Below are positions 12,501-24,500 of a stretch of DNA of 64,000 nucleotides, piece by piece. The notes beneath the pieces were generated by a model. That model made no database searches, had not been told where the DNA came from, and saw only the letters and a list, made by a program, of their open reading frames with translations. Each line of letters opens with the position of its first letter. Position 1 is the stretch's first letter. The position numbers and the translations under genes were made by a program. Origin of the DNA: Phallusia mammillata (lineage: Eukaryota); NCBI GenBank assembly GCA_965637545.1, contig OZ281501.1, positions 2,604,001 through 2,668,000 on the forward strand, read 5' to 3'.

Positions 12501-15500
12501 GTACGACCTGTGTATTAATACAACACCTTTGTGTAGTGAAAGTTGATCGGTATCTCAATAACAATAAAGTCCAGGTGGCTTTATGATATCTTGTTGGTCA
12601 TCAAATAACAAAAGCATTTTTACACCTGTTACGCTTGTTATATATAGCTTCCACTTACTATAGTGGATTATATTCTTGTAAATTTTTTGACTTTAAAGAA
12701 TTTGTATCATTACCCCTTTACCGTACAAAACCATAGAATTGTTCTGTATCGAGAATCAGCCTGCGAAATTCTTGTTACATCTTGACCGCGTTTTTTGGCA
12801 TAAATGCGCTGTTTATTGGACTTATCTGAATAGCAATCAAATCCTTTTCCTTGATTCAATTTCTGGTATATTAGGGTCGCATCTTATGATTTGTAGTTGA
12901 AAAGGCAACGAGACTAGCCGCACATTAAGTTGTTGGCAAGTTAGCCAGCAATGATGTTGGAAAAGATAAAACGTTAAATTGGGTTGGGGCGTCTTAGTGT
13001 CAAATTGGTTGAGCACTAGTTTTAAGCATATCAAGGTGAGATCTTAGCTTGTCTGTCCTCGCCTGCTGAACAGCTTACTGTTGACAGAATTAAGCAGCAC
13101 CATTCCTTTTAATCACACCTTAACGCTTTCAAAAACAAGTGATTATTTTAGTAGAAACGAACTGACCGATGTATGTGGCTGCTGTGAGACTACAGCATTT
13201 GACGTGATAATGATTGCTAGGCAACGTTGGTCGCTGTTAGTTATTACTGCGGAAGTGGAGAGGCCGAGTGTCGAAAGACAAATAAGATACATATAATTCT
13301 ATTGCTTCCATCTGCAACCCTGTCCCCTGAGGGAATAATACTAATGCATTGGCCGTTGACTGATGCGGGCAATTAACTTAGTACACAGGCCATTTGCAAA
13401 ATATTTTAAATTATACGGTCAACAGTTTGGATGAATCTTCTTTTCTAAATAGATAAAAGAATATTTAAACGCGTTTTTTCGACAGCAATGACTTTTTGTT
13501 AAATATGGCATCGAAAAAAAAAGTATAATGGTTTTCTGGTGGAAAAAAAGTTTTATAGAAACTTGAAAACTTGAAAAATTGGCCTTTTGGGGGCACTTAA
13601 ATCCAATATAAAATACAAATAACAAAAAGTGTCTTTTTAGTTTGTTTTTCTTAGCGATTTCGGGATTCACTTTGGTGGCCAACTCGTAAAGCAAAAAACA
13701 ACAACGATATAACTTATTTAGTTGTTTGTGTATGTAGCATGGTCGCTAATGTCTTCACACAAAATTAAAAACATGACCATTTTCGTAAACAAATGACATT
13801 TGAATGAATAACAAATCAATAGAGATTTTAGAGAACCAAACCAAAACAAACCCTGCACATTTTCTTTGATGTTAAGTGTAAATGTATTAAAACGTGTATT
13901 GGCTGAACACTAATCCACTAGAAAAATATCAGTACATAGATCATATAATATCCTGTAATCCATAATAAGCACTTGTGTGGTATTAAAAAAAGACATCTCT
14001 AGACTGTTTGTAAATTGTATTTATATGTAACGATTAGTATATCTGTTAAACCGATATTAAATTAAATAAATTTCACGCAAATTTAATGCCCTAAAATTTT
14101 AGGTTTTCGATGTTTCTAAAAGTTACCTATCAAAAAAAAATTAAGCAATTCAAAGTAAAAATAGATAAAAATATTTGTCATAAGCAAAATTTGCTCAGTT
14201 TTGACTAAAATCGTGTGTATTCAAGTTCGAACACTTAACTTTTGAATATCCGAACTGTTTAAATTACCTTACATGAGAAAGAGCCAGTCAAATTACCGGC
14301 CAAGCCACATCACTGCCAAAAACAGCGATTATGGTAACGAGCCATTACTTCGGAGCAGTTGCATCACTAAAAGTCGACATTTCCAACTTTATATTGCGAT
14401 CGACATCGGCATGACCATCTCGTCGTGTCTCTTGTTTATTTATCCAATGATGTTTCAGATCTCTGGCCCAGGCGTTTGCGCTATTACCTTAGGGTCGAAG
14501 CCGCCTAATGTCAAACGACGGACCGTAATTGAGACTATTATCAATTGCTACGGAATGACTCGTTTGTGAAGTTTTAGAGGAGATGCGTTTAAGCTTAGGT
14601 GATAGAGAGATACACGCGCCAAGGCTTGAGTGAATTTTTCGACGGTGATATTTGATATTTATATGTTTATGATGGTGTGTAGTGGAGGGCGCGATTTGTC
14701 ATACGATATGTGTTTCATTCACCAAGTTACGTTGGTTTGTGTCTGGAGTGATTTACTGATTTCAGACTAAATCTAAGTGGCATAGGCCATATGTCTTTGG
14801 TATAATTCAACTACAAAGTAACTTGTTCAAGGAAAAGTTGTTATGTTACAGGAAAGGATGTTTTGCTTTGTACTTGATTTTTAGGAAGTATATATTTGTA
14901 GTAAAATAATAATTAGGGCGACCTAAAATGATTGCTTAAATTTGGAGCTGGTCAAAAGATATGAAACATTTGTTGTTGTTTTTTTAGTGTAGTTAAAATC
15001 AGTACCGTCAATGCTTTTTTGTAAAAAAAAACAATTTGGTGCAAAAATCTGTGAAATTAAGAAGCTTTTTAAATATCGTTTTGTCAATAGTTTTACCATC
15101 AAGCGGTTTTTATGTTTTACAATTAAACAGTTTTGTCATTTTAAGTTTCAAGTTTATGAAAAAAGGCTATCAAATCATTAGTAGGATTTGTTCCCTTGAA
15201 TTGTGTGGATTGTTTAAAGCCAAGTTTTTTTTTACATTTAATGTGGCTCGCATTTAATACAAGTGCAAACAAAGGCTACCACTTTTTAGACACAGTGCAT
15301 AATATGTTACCGTACATAGATAGCGGAAACGCTGTTCAGTTGAAACACTGTGTTTTACTTAGCACTTCTTATGTGGAAAATATTACACTTTGAACACTTT
15401 TCTGCATTCTCATGCATTCGCCATAATGTATACAACCACTTCAATCAAACACAATGTTCGTGTTAACAAATCGACACAAGCTCATTGTGCATCACTTACC

Positions 15501-18500
15501 AATTAGTAAGTTTACTTTAAATCGGACTTTAGCTCGAGATCGGAGCTGCAGAAACGATTCGACCGAACCCTAGGCATTGTGTGAACGGACAAAGTTAACT
15601 CATTGAGCTCTGTCAAAATTCAAACACTGTTTGTAGATGGATGGCCCCCATTTGTCATGTCAAGCAGCGATGAGATTATAACGGTCGGCTGACAAGACTT
15701 TAAAACCGAATCAAGTGAATGTTTAAACCTCGTGACCTTTTTGGGTTTTTTGTTTACGCGAAAAATATTTTTCTATTTGAATAAGTTTTACTAAAGAAAA
15801 ATTAACAAATATATTTTGCAAAATATGTGGTTAAAACAAACTTAAGACTTTGCTTTTCTAAGGAAAATAAAATTGTGTGCTTCCTTTGAGTTGTTTGTTT
15901 TTGATTAATCAAAGATTTCACAAATTTGGTAAAAACATAAAAAATGTTAAAAATAAGTTTCCTTTTCATTTTTAAGCATTTGTCGACTAGACAAACATTT
16001 AAAATCTTCTTACAGTTAGCTAGAAACAGTAAATTTTAAAGAAAACAATTTAGGTCCAAAACGAATTTTCTTTATTTGTTTTCACACCAAATTTTGCACC
16101 AGTTAGTTTATCAACCCACATAATTTTTTTGCACGCAATGTTTTTATAAGGACTGGTGACCACAAGGCACCATCCGTATTAACGTCCTGAGTTTGTGTAA
16201 AATCACCCAACTAAACTTATAACCTAGTTAACAGTTCCGATTGCGAATGAATAGACCCAATAGCTTCCCCTATAAAATCAATTCTTAAGGCGCACCTGAA
16301 ATATTCCCGAGTAATTGACGTTAATTTCGGTACTTCCGTTCATAACCATGTACGGCACGAGTGGAACTGACTGAAACCCGCTCCATTCGGCTCAAATCGA
16401 CCCAGACGAGTTAATTGCTTCCCTATATTTTTCCAAAGCACGTACATAAAGCCAAATGTAGCCTGGTTTCCTGGCGTGTTTACACCCAAGTGCGAAATTG
16501 TATTGTTCACTTGGGGGAAAATGTTGCCACATAAACTTTTCACGTCCAGCTTCCGTGACAGCTAAAACTTGCCAATGCAATGTATACGCGTTGACATATA
16601 GGTCCATTATACCCCCATTTTCACCCCCACAAACATTAGCATTTGCGAGAAAGGTTAAAATCGTAAAACGGTTTAGCGTGCGTGTTACTTGTTCGTATTA
16701 CCAGCGTTAATGATTTTGAATTCGATTTTAAAACTTTCTTAAAAAAATATAAAAAACAAAGTTTGTTTTTTCTTGAAAGATGTTTTGCAACAGAGAAAGA
16801 TGCGACTTTGGATGTGCTTAAATTGAAACATAGAAAGCTGTTCGAAAAAATGCATTTTTCCGTGATAAAAACGGTATAACGCCAATTTAACTTAATATAG
16901 ATTGTAATTACACAATAAAGAAGCTTTTCCAAATTTAGGGTCATAATTTGACTATGACGTCAGAGTCCCCTTTTCATGGGGTATTGTTACGCCACCTAAC
17001 GAGAGGATGTGTTTGCTTGTTTCCCAATACCGGGACAACAATGACAAATTATATTTCCGTGGTTTGGAAAGAGAGGTCTCTGCTTATCACCTGTGTTCGC
17101 CATTGTGACCGAACAATGACTATGACGTGGGCGCCATTGGGCCCTTGTGCGTAACAATGTTGTTTATTCTGTAATTGTGTCGTGACAAACCGACTGAGAT
17201 ATATTCTGGGCTGATATTCTGCGTAGTCGATTTAAGCGAGAAATTTTGTTTGCAGGCAATTTGACAAGGCCAGAACTTGCGATATATTTAAGCATTTGAT
17301 TTTTTTGCTGCGAAGAGCTTAAGAAGTCAACTAGTTTTAATTTTAAACTATTGCTAACCGTTTTTTTTTTATTCATGACTACCGGGCCTTTTTGCAATGG
17401 CGTGTTTCAATTATCGACGTTGTTTTTGGGGATAAATATTACATTTTTGCGGAAGTTTTAATCAAGATTATTAGTAAAAAAATCCGCATTTTGTTTAAAG
17501 TATTTTTCCAATAGTCGTTAGTGGTTTATTAGATTGTTTTGATTGTTGCAGTATTGCACACTACATTACAGAATTTGTTGTAATTCCATTGGTGCGATTA
17601 TTGGCGCAGAATGGCGCATGTAAACAGTTTAACAAAAAATGAACATATAGTTTGGTTTTACAATCACACATTACAAATGTTTTACTAGTGAACGAGCTTA
17701 AATAAATAGTCGTGAAACGTTCGCACCTGGGTCAGTGCAACGCTCCAACGCGTTTCATACAACCGGAATTGAACAGCGATAAATATTTAATACAACAGCG
17801 CACGATAAAAAACAAAGGCCTCTCCCGTGCCCAGACGAATATAAACACAAACGTCGTATCGGTGTAGCGGCCATTTGTCGACGACCGCCCCGCACTGAGC
17901 ACCGATATAATCTCAGTACAGTTTATAAACCGGTAAATTGGAAGTCCCTTAGGAGGTCTAGGACTCTGATACATATAGTTTCTTCTGCTGATTGTGTTAG
18001 TACTTAGTGTTGAGTATTTGCCAGATAAATGTTTCGTAGCTTTTTAGGTTTAATTGTCGAGGTTTGAAACTTTGTTCCCATGCCAGTCAAAAACGGTTTG
18101 TTTGGAATATTGAATGTAGCAAATTTTACAGGTTTGAAAACCTTCAAATGTTGACAGGTTTGGTTTTTCAAGTTTGTATAAGTTTTTTTTTCAAGTCGAA
18201 CTTCAATATTTTAGCTTAAAATAATGCCGCGAACAAATGATTTTATACAGTCGGACTTGTATTTGCAAAACATAGCTGATGGTACTGTTATTGGAAAGTT
18301 TTGCGCCCTAATTTGCCTATGTTACTTCAAATGCTATTGCTATTCTAAACTTTATTTAGATCACTATGCACTGGACACACATAACGCATATTAATATCAC
18401 AGTAAGGCTTTGAATTAAGTTGTATTGTGCGAGGTATATTTTAAGGCATTGCCATGTCATGTTTGTTCAGTGAAAATGCGTTGTCCGGTAAATATAAAAT

Positions 18501-21500
18501 TGCAGGGGCCTCTTCACGATTTGAAGTGTCGTAGATCAAAGAGAAATTAGTTTAATATCTACGCATCTTGACAACTGAGCTATCCAAAACGCGCGTGGAC
18601 AAGCCTATACCTATCATCTGTGCTATAAGTTAAATGCAAAAGTAGGCATCAGTTGAAGGACGCCATCAGTTGCTGATATTTCCTCTAACTTTGTAATTAT
18701 AAACCGGTCCTTAAGCAGGCACGCGGCGTAAGAATTAGGGGGTCGTACTTCTATGCACTTCAAATGGTTTTGTATCATTTGGGCGTTCGGTTAAGGTTAC
18801 CCAGTGAATCGGCGTTGTATTATAGCGAAGCGACCTTGTTCCGTGCTGGGGCGGCGTTCGTAATAGCTCGTATGCAGATGTCAGTGCATTTTGATTCGCA
18901 AGTGATGAGTTAATTAAACTGCGCCACGATGCAGGCATGAATAGAAAAACATCTGATATTGCGGAGCGCGTGGCCCGCAGAGGCGGTCTTGTATTCTCGG
19001 TAGAGAGCAGATTAACATATATACTAGGGACAAGGCATCCGGCTTTCGTGATTTCTGTTGTTGTTGGTAGTAAGATTTCACGCACGGGCCGAAAAAATCT
19101 AAATTGCCCTCTTTATAAATGCCAATAATCATTAAATACTGCGTTCTTTTAGCTTTTATAGATCATTCAGATAGAAAGAAGGACCGTTACATGTTGTGTG
19201 GTTTCTGAAATGAGAATATCTTCCTACAGTTTGCCGATTGTAAACTGCGTTTATTTACCGTGTTCAAATGATATAGATGAAAAGAAGGGCATTTTACATG
19301 TATTGAGGTGTCTGAAATGATGAGGTCTTCTTGCAGGCAGCTAAACAACACTGTAAAACGTTTATACCCAAAACGATCAACTATTACGCCAGGCAGAATT
19401 GTGCAAAAGCAGTGAAAAATGACTCTAAAACGTAACCTATAAAAAGTGTATGGGTGTGCCAGTATTAAACGCAGCTTACTGAAAGGATACATATACCCTG
19501 TTTGGAGATTTAGCGAGGACCTATAATACCTGTGGAAAGCGTATTGACGTGGCTCGTTAAGTTAATGACGGGACGTTTTTCGGCCCGTTTGAAGTAAGCC
19601 TGGATTGCAAACAGCAGGATTTGAGCTTCGTGTGGGTTATAGCTGTTTTGCAGTCGCCCTGTTGTGAACCAAAGTATCGCATAATCGCGAAGCGTGCCGC
19701 CTTTTGTCATCGGGTTTAGGTTATTGTGAAGGCAGTGTCGTATATCATGTCGTCTTGTGTTGCTTTACGCTAGGAGGTAACATGTGTATTTTTCCCACCA
19801 AGTGAGGTTTTGTTTTGCTAGAGACCAGCGCAAAGTGTTTTGGAAATTATTCTTAGTGGTGACTTTTATATTTGACAAAGGGGGTAAAAATGTCCAATTG
19901 TTTCTCATTACAAATTGGATACGTGAAGTCATATTTAGCACAAATCATCAACAAAGTTTTATCTTTAAGCACTACCAAAGCAGCTAGCAAGTTTTAGTTG
20001 TGTAGCGCAAAGTGTTTTTAAAACTACTTTTGCGAATGCTCGTTTTCTAATTTTTATTGCCAATTTCGGAAAACATGGTTAAGAGGATTTTTTTGCCAAT
20101 GTAAACAAAGACTTTGAACTTTCGCATTCGGCAGATTTCGCGTTCGGCTTAGAAGCAGAAAGTGACAACCCGGCCATATGCCTTGCAGTCATCAAAAAGG
20201 CGACAATGTAGGCACCTATGTTGTATCTAAACACAGCAGCGGCTGAGGTGAAGACGCCGTGAGTTAACAGCGACTGTCACGACGCAGCAGCTTTTCATTT
20301 GCAGCACGACGTGCGCTATCAATCACTGCGTCTCGGTCGTATTTAGTGGTAACTTGCACTTACAGCATAAGCGCTGCGTCGCTTATAGGCTACAGCAGGC
20401 AGTGCAGTGAAAAGCCAATCTGTTACACCGCTACATCCCATGAGACCACGATATACAGACGGACGAGCTGAACCGCGCAAATGATACGACCTGGAGAGTT
20501 TGACTGCTGTGTTGGTAACTCTGTTGTTTTTGCCTTTGACTTGTTCCTCTTGGGACGGACAGAGTTAAGGATAGGAAAAGTCTAAAGTTCTGCTGTATAA
20601 TTTGGACAACTGAATGGCTGAAAAATCTTTAACCTGCCTTTGAACCTCTGATACAAGCCGAGCGAAACGAAATGGATATTCAATCCTCTTGCAGTTTCAA
20701 CACCTTGCTCTTCACGTTACTGATGTTGCTGTCAAAAAGCGGTAATGCCAATCTGTCTGTCTTTTGAAGTGTCTGCCAGCCTTTAACAAATGCTATGACT
20801 TTTATAATTGACTTGAAAAGAGGGCTTCTGTTTTGCACACAGTCTATTTGCCATTGCAAATTGCTTTAATAATTGGTTTTAAACTTGTTTAACTGCTTTA
20901 AATGGCATGTACGTAAAGTTATACTGGGTCCAAACCTAAGAAAGATTGTTTGAAACTATCTTGGAGCATCACCAAAGCAGCTAATGCTTAAAAGTTGGTT
21001 TCAAGTAGATTTGTATATATGCAGACATGCATAATGTTTAAAAACGCTGGTTATTGACTGCAATGTGTTCGCACATATTACAAATATATGCCTAATCCAA
21101 TCAACCTATTTCAAATAATGCTAGAAGCTCTAACAGAATGAAACATTTTAACAGAAAAGTTTTCAACTTGCTTTGCAATTATTATAGTTTTTTGAAAGTT
21201 GCGTCACAACAAAAGCTGTTTAAAAACAGGCCATTTTATGTGTTTTGTTGTCTGTCTGTTCAAAAAACTGCCGTCCTTTTCAAAATTTGAAAGGCAGAGC
21301 CATTATCAGTTTGTACATAAACCAGTCAAATCCGGCATTTTGTATTTGACGTCAACGCAACACACACGCATTGCTACGTCATAATGGGGAGATTTTCTAA
21401 TCTGCGTGAGACTCCTTGTTGTCGCAGCAGGTATGCTTGTTACGACACAAATCTCTTTACGCGTCATTGCACCAGAACATTACCCTGTTCTTTGGGTGGT

Positions 21501-24500
21501 AAATCGTTTTGCCTTTCTGACCTAAAATCCTCTTACATGGCTTAAAAATGCCTTTTGAACAGTTTTTTTAATGATTTTATACAACAATATAATAACTAAT
21601 TTTGTGCACAGTTAAAGTTATTTCGGAATATCTGCATATTGTATTCTATGTACACAATTTCTCTTGTAATTCTGTTTTTGATTAAAGTTATTTAACGCTA
21701 TGACAAATCTATTGTGGAACGTTGGAACGCCGCCAAACGCGATTACAAACAATCGAACGACAATAGCTATCGTCAAACGCACTGAAATCGTTTTAGAAAC
21801 GCTTTGTTTTGGTGCTGACTTCGCGGCGCGAAAAACTCTTGTGTTTTGTTAACTGGCCGCGCGCGTGTAAACAATTGTTGAACAACATCCGTGATATTAT
21901 TGCTGGCAGTTGGGGGGACTTTTTGTTCGGATCAGCTGTTAATCGTGTTTGTTAATTGTGACGTAACAGATTACGTTGTTTGACGTAATGTGATGAACAT
22001 GCTTTATGGTTGTAATATGTTTTCTCTTTTGTGTAACTGATGTGCTCAAGAAAGTTTTAGCTTAAAGAGTTTCTGTCTAAAAGAATCACAAAAGTGGTCG
22101 TTTAATTGACCCAAAAACATTTTTAGGCACGGAAAACGTTTAAACCCCAATTCATAAGTCAAGTTATGTTATTTGGGCTATTATTGCACATTTTTAAATA
22201 CTTTTTATTTGAACGTTTTTGTGCACCTGTTTGTAAAAACAGAGAATTTACCTTAAACTTATAGTTAGTAAAGCGTGTTTTGCTATAATGTTCAGTTTTT
22301 CTCGAACCTTTGTTTATCAAAAATTCAATCACTTGAATTCATATTTCAAATTGTGTTCTGAAACAAAAATCTAAAGCAATCATGTTTTTATTTGCAGATG
22401 TGAACGGAACGTGGGTTGGACAAAAATGTTGCGAGGATGCGATGGTTGACCAATGCAGGTTCGCTTGTCTCCAGGTAAAACTTTTGATTGACAGTTCTGC
22501 GATGCAGTAGGGAATGTAACTAAGTAAATGCAAGTTAAAGGCAGCAAATTTGCAAAACAATAGAGTTTAAGCTTGGGGTAAAATGGCTTGAGGCTTCAAT
22601 ACCAATGAACATTTACTGCTTAAATTACTTGTAACCTTAACAAAGTAGCATTAATATTAAAGCGAAAATTAAATATTTTGTAATTCTGCAATAAGTTGTT
22701 GAATGATTTTAGAACTATTGCGCAATGCCGCTACGTCACATATTACCTCATTGCGATGTAAAATTCGGAATGTCATTTAGGAATACTAGCGTGACAGCCC
22801 CTTTCTCGCTAAAACTCCGCACAAAAACATATTTCTATAATAGCCGCCACTGGCATTGTTGTGGAAATTACGCACCCCATACAAAAATCACCCAAATGTA
22901 TAAAACCCAGCCCCAAAAAGGGTGATAAAATGCCAATCCCAAATGCCGAGCGACCTAATATTCTGGAGTGTTTTATGCGTCCATTAGGATGAATTATGGC
23001 CATTAAAAAGCCACGAATTTGCGCCTCAATTCATTGGCTTTGCAATAGGCGGCCTATAGAGGCGCCCAGAGCGAAGCGAGAACAGTGGTGGGTCCATAAA
23101 CATTTCCCCTCACTTGGGTGCGTTATACCTTGATGAGTGACGTATCCACAATGAAAACGGGCGACATTATGGCCTCACACTGTGGGCGTCGTTGTTTTTA
23201 CTGGGGATTTCGAATCGGGCGATCGAGTCGCTAATACATACACCTCTGGGCCTGCTAGAAGCAATAAGAAATCTTGAAGCGTGGAATACTATTCAAACAC
23301 CGAGCGATTCTGTGTATCTAAGTTGGCGCGCTAGTTGTTGTAGGGTCGTTGTTGCCCGATAACTGATTTTTCGAGGGTTTTTTGACTTGCTATACTCACC
23401 TGCGTTTTGTTGGTAAAGGTCTGAGCGATTTGCGGGCAGAAAATCTGACTTTGGTGTGTTCGCGATTTCTGTTTGTCCTGAGCTATTTGTTTGACCTTAT
23501 AATGTTGTTACTAATATATGAATGTTTTATGACACACCAATGTAATTGTTAACCCCACAAAAGCATTTTTTTCTCCCATGTTATGAACTGAAATTAATAA
23601 ACTTTAATTATTTTACTTGGCAAACTTTTATGTGAAAATTAAACATTTTTAAACGCGGCTTGGAATCCCAAAATAAATTCATGTCGATAGGGGATTGCTA
23701 TAATGTGTTTTCGCAAAGTGGTACAAACCAATAAACGATTTGGCCAAATTTAAGCACAAAACACAACTTTAAAATCGTTAGCTTTTCTCAAAACGACAAT
23801 AGTTTTGTCGAAACAGTTTAATTTGAATATGCCTACGTTTTACGCAATACAAAAGTGAGGTATATTTTTAGTTGCTGTCCAAATACCCAGCTTTTTTGGG
23901 TGGAGATTTGTTTTTTTTGGTTCCAAAAGCCATAAACCTCAATAGATTAACGCTAAAAACGTCAAGCCCTCGACTTGCAAACATCGAAAACCGCGTCAAA
24001 ATCCTTTATGTCGTTGCCTAAACATAACAAACACAGTTGTCATCACTACAAAGATTTCCACAATTTTATTGCTCGGGGGTTCTGTCACTGTATATGAGTC
24101 CTTGTCGTCAGTCGTCGAGTTTTAATTTCACGTATCCCGTTCAACGCAATTGCTTTTGTGATTGTAATTTGACCCCGAGTAACCGGGAAACTAGTGACGT
24201 AGGTTCCAAGGTGCCCATGCGTAGTTTTTTAAGTTTGGAACTTGAGTTTAGGTTTAAAATTTCTCAACGTGCGAAAAGATGTCTTCCGCAAGAATGTTTT
24301 AAAAGATGTTATCAAATAATTTCTTGTAATTCTGAAAACCCGTATTTCTCTAACTGGGGTTCGCGGACCCCCTAGGGATCAATGGGGTGGTTTTAGTGGG
24401 TCAGATAACGCCCGAAAGTCGATCGGGAACCACCACAAAGTTGTTTAAACGGAAGAATTACCAAACTTACGCACTGCTTTAATCTACACAAAATATTGTT

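Noticed and set aside
19187-19492. Minus-strand ORF containing LPGVIVDRFGYK, resembling MFS motif A
   Set aside because: No following transmembrane helix, no companion exons found and a weak splice context; probably chance.
19720-19776. 57-nt phase-1/phase-1 segment that could be a RECK cassette exon
   Set aside because: Weak polypyrimidine tract, no similarity to RECK, and it would add unpaired Cys; such segments are common in 16 kb.
20440-20568. MRPRYTDGRAEPRK-TGA-YDLESLTAVLVTLLFLPL..., a possible selenocysteine or readthrough peptide
   Set aside because: No SECIS identified, no redox motif and no homology; a short hydrophobic stretch arises easily by chance.
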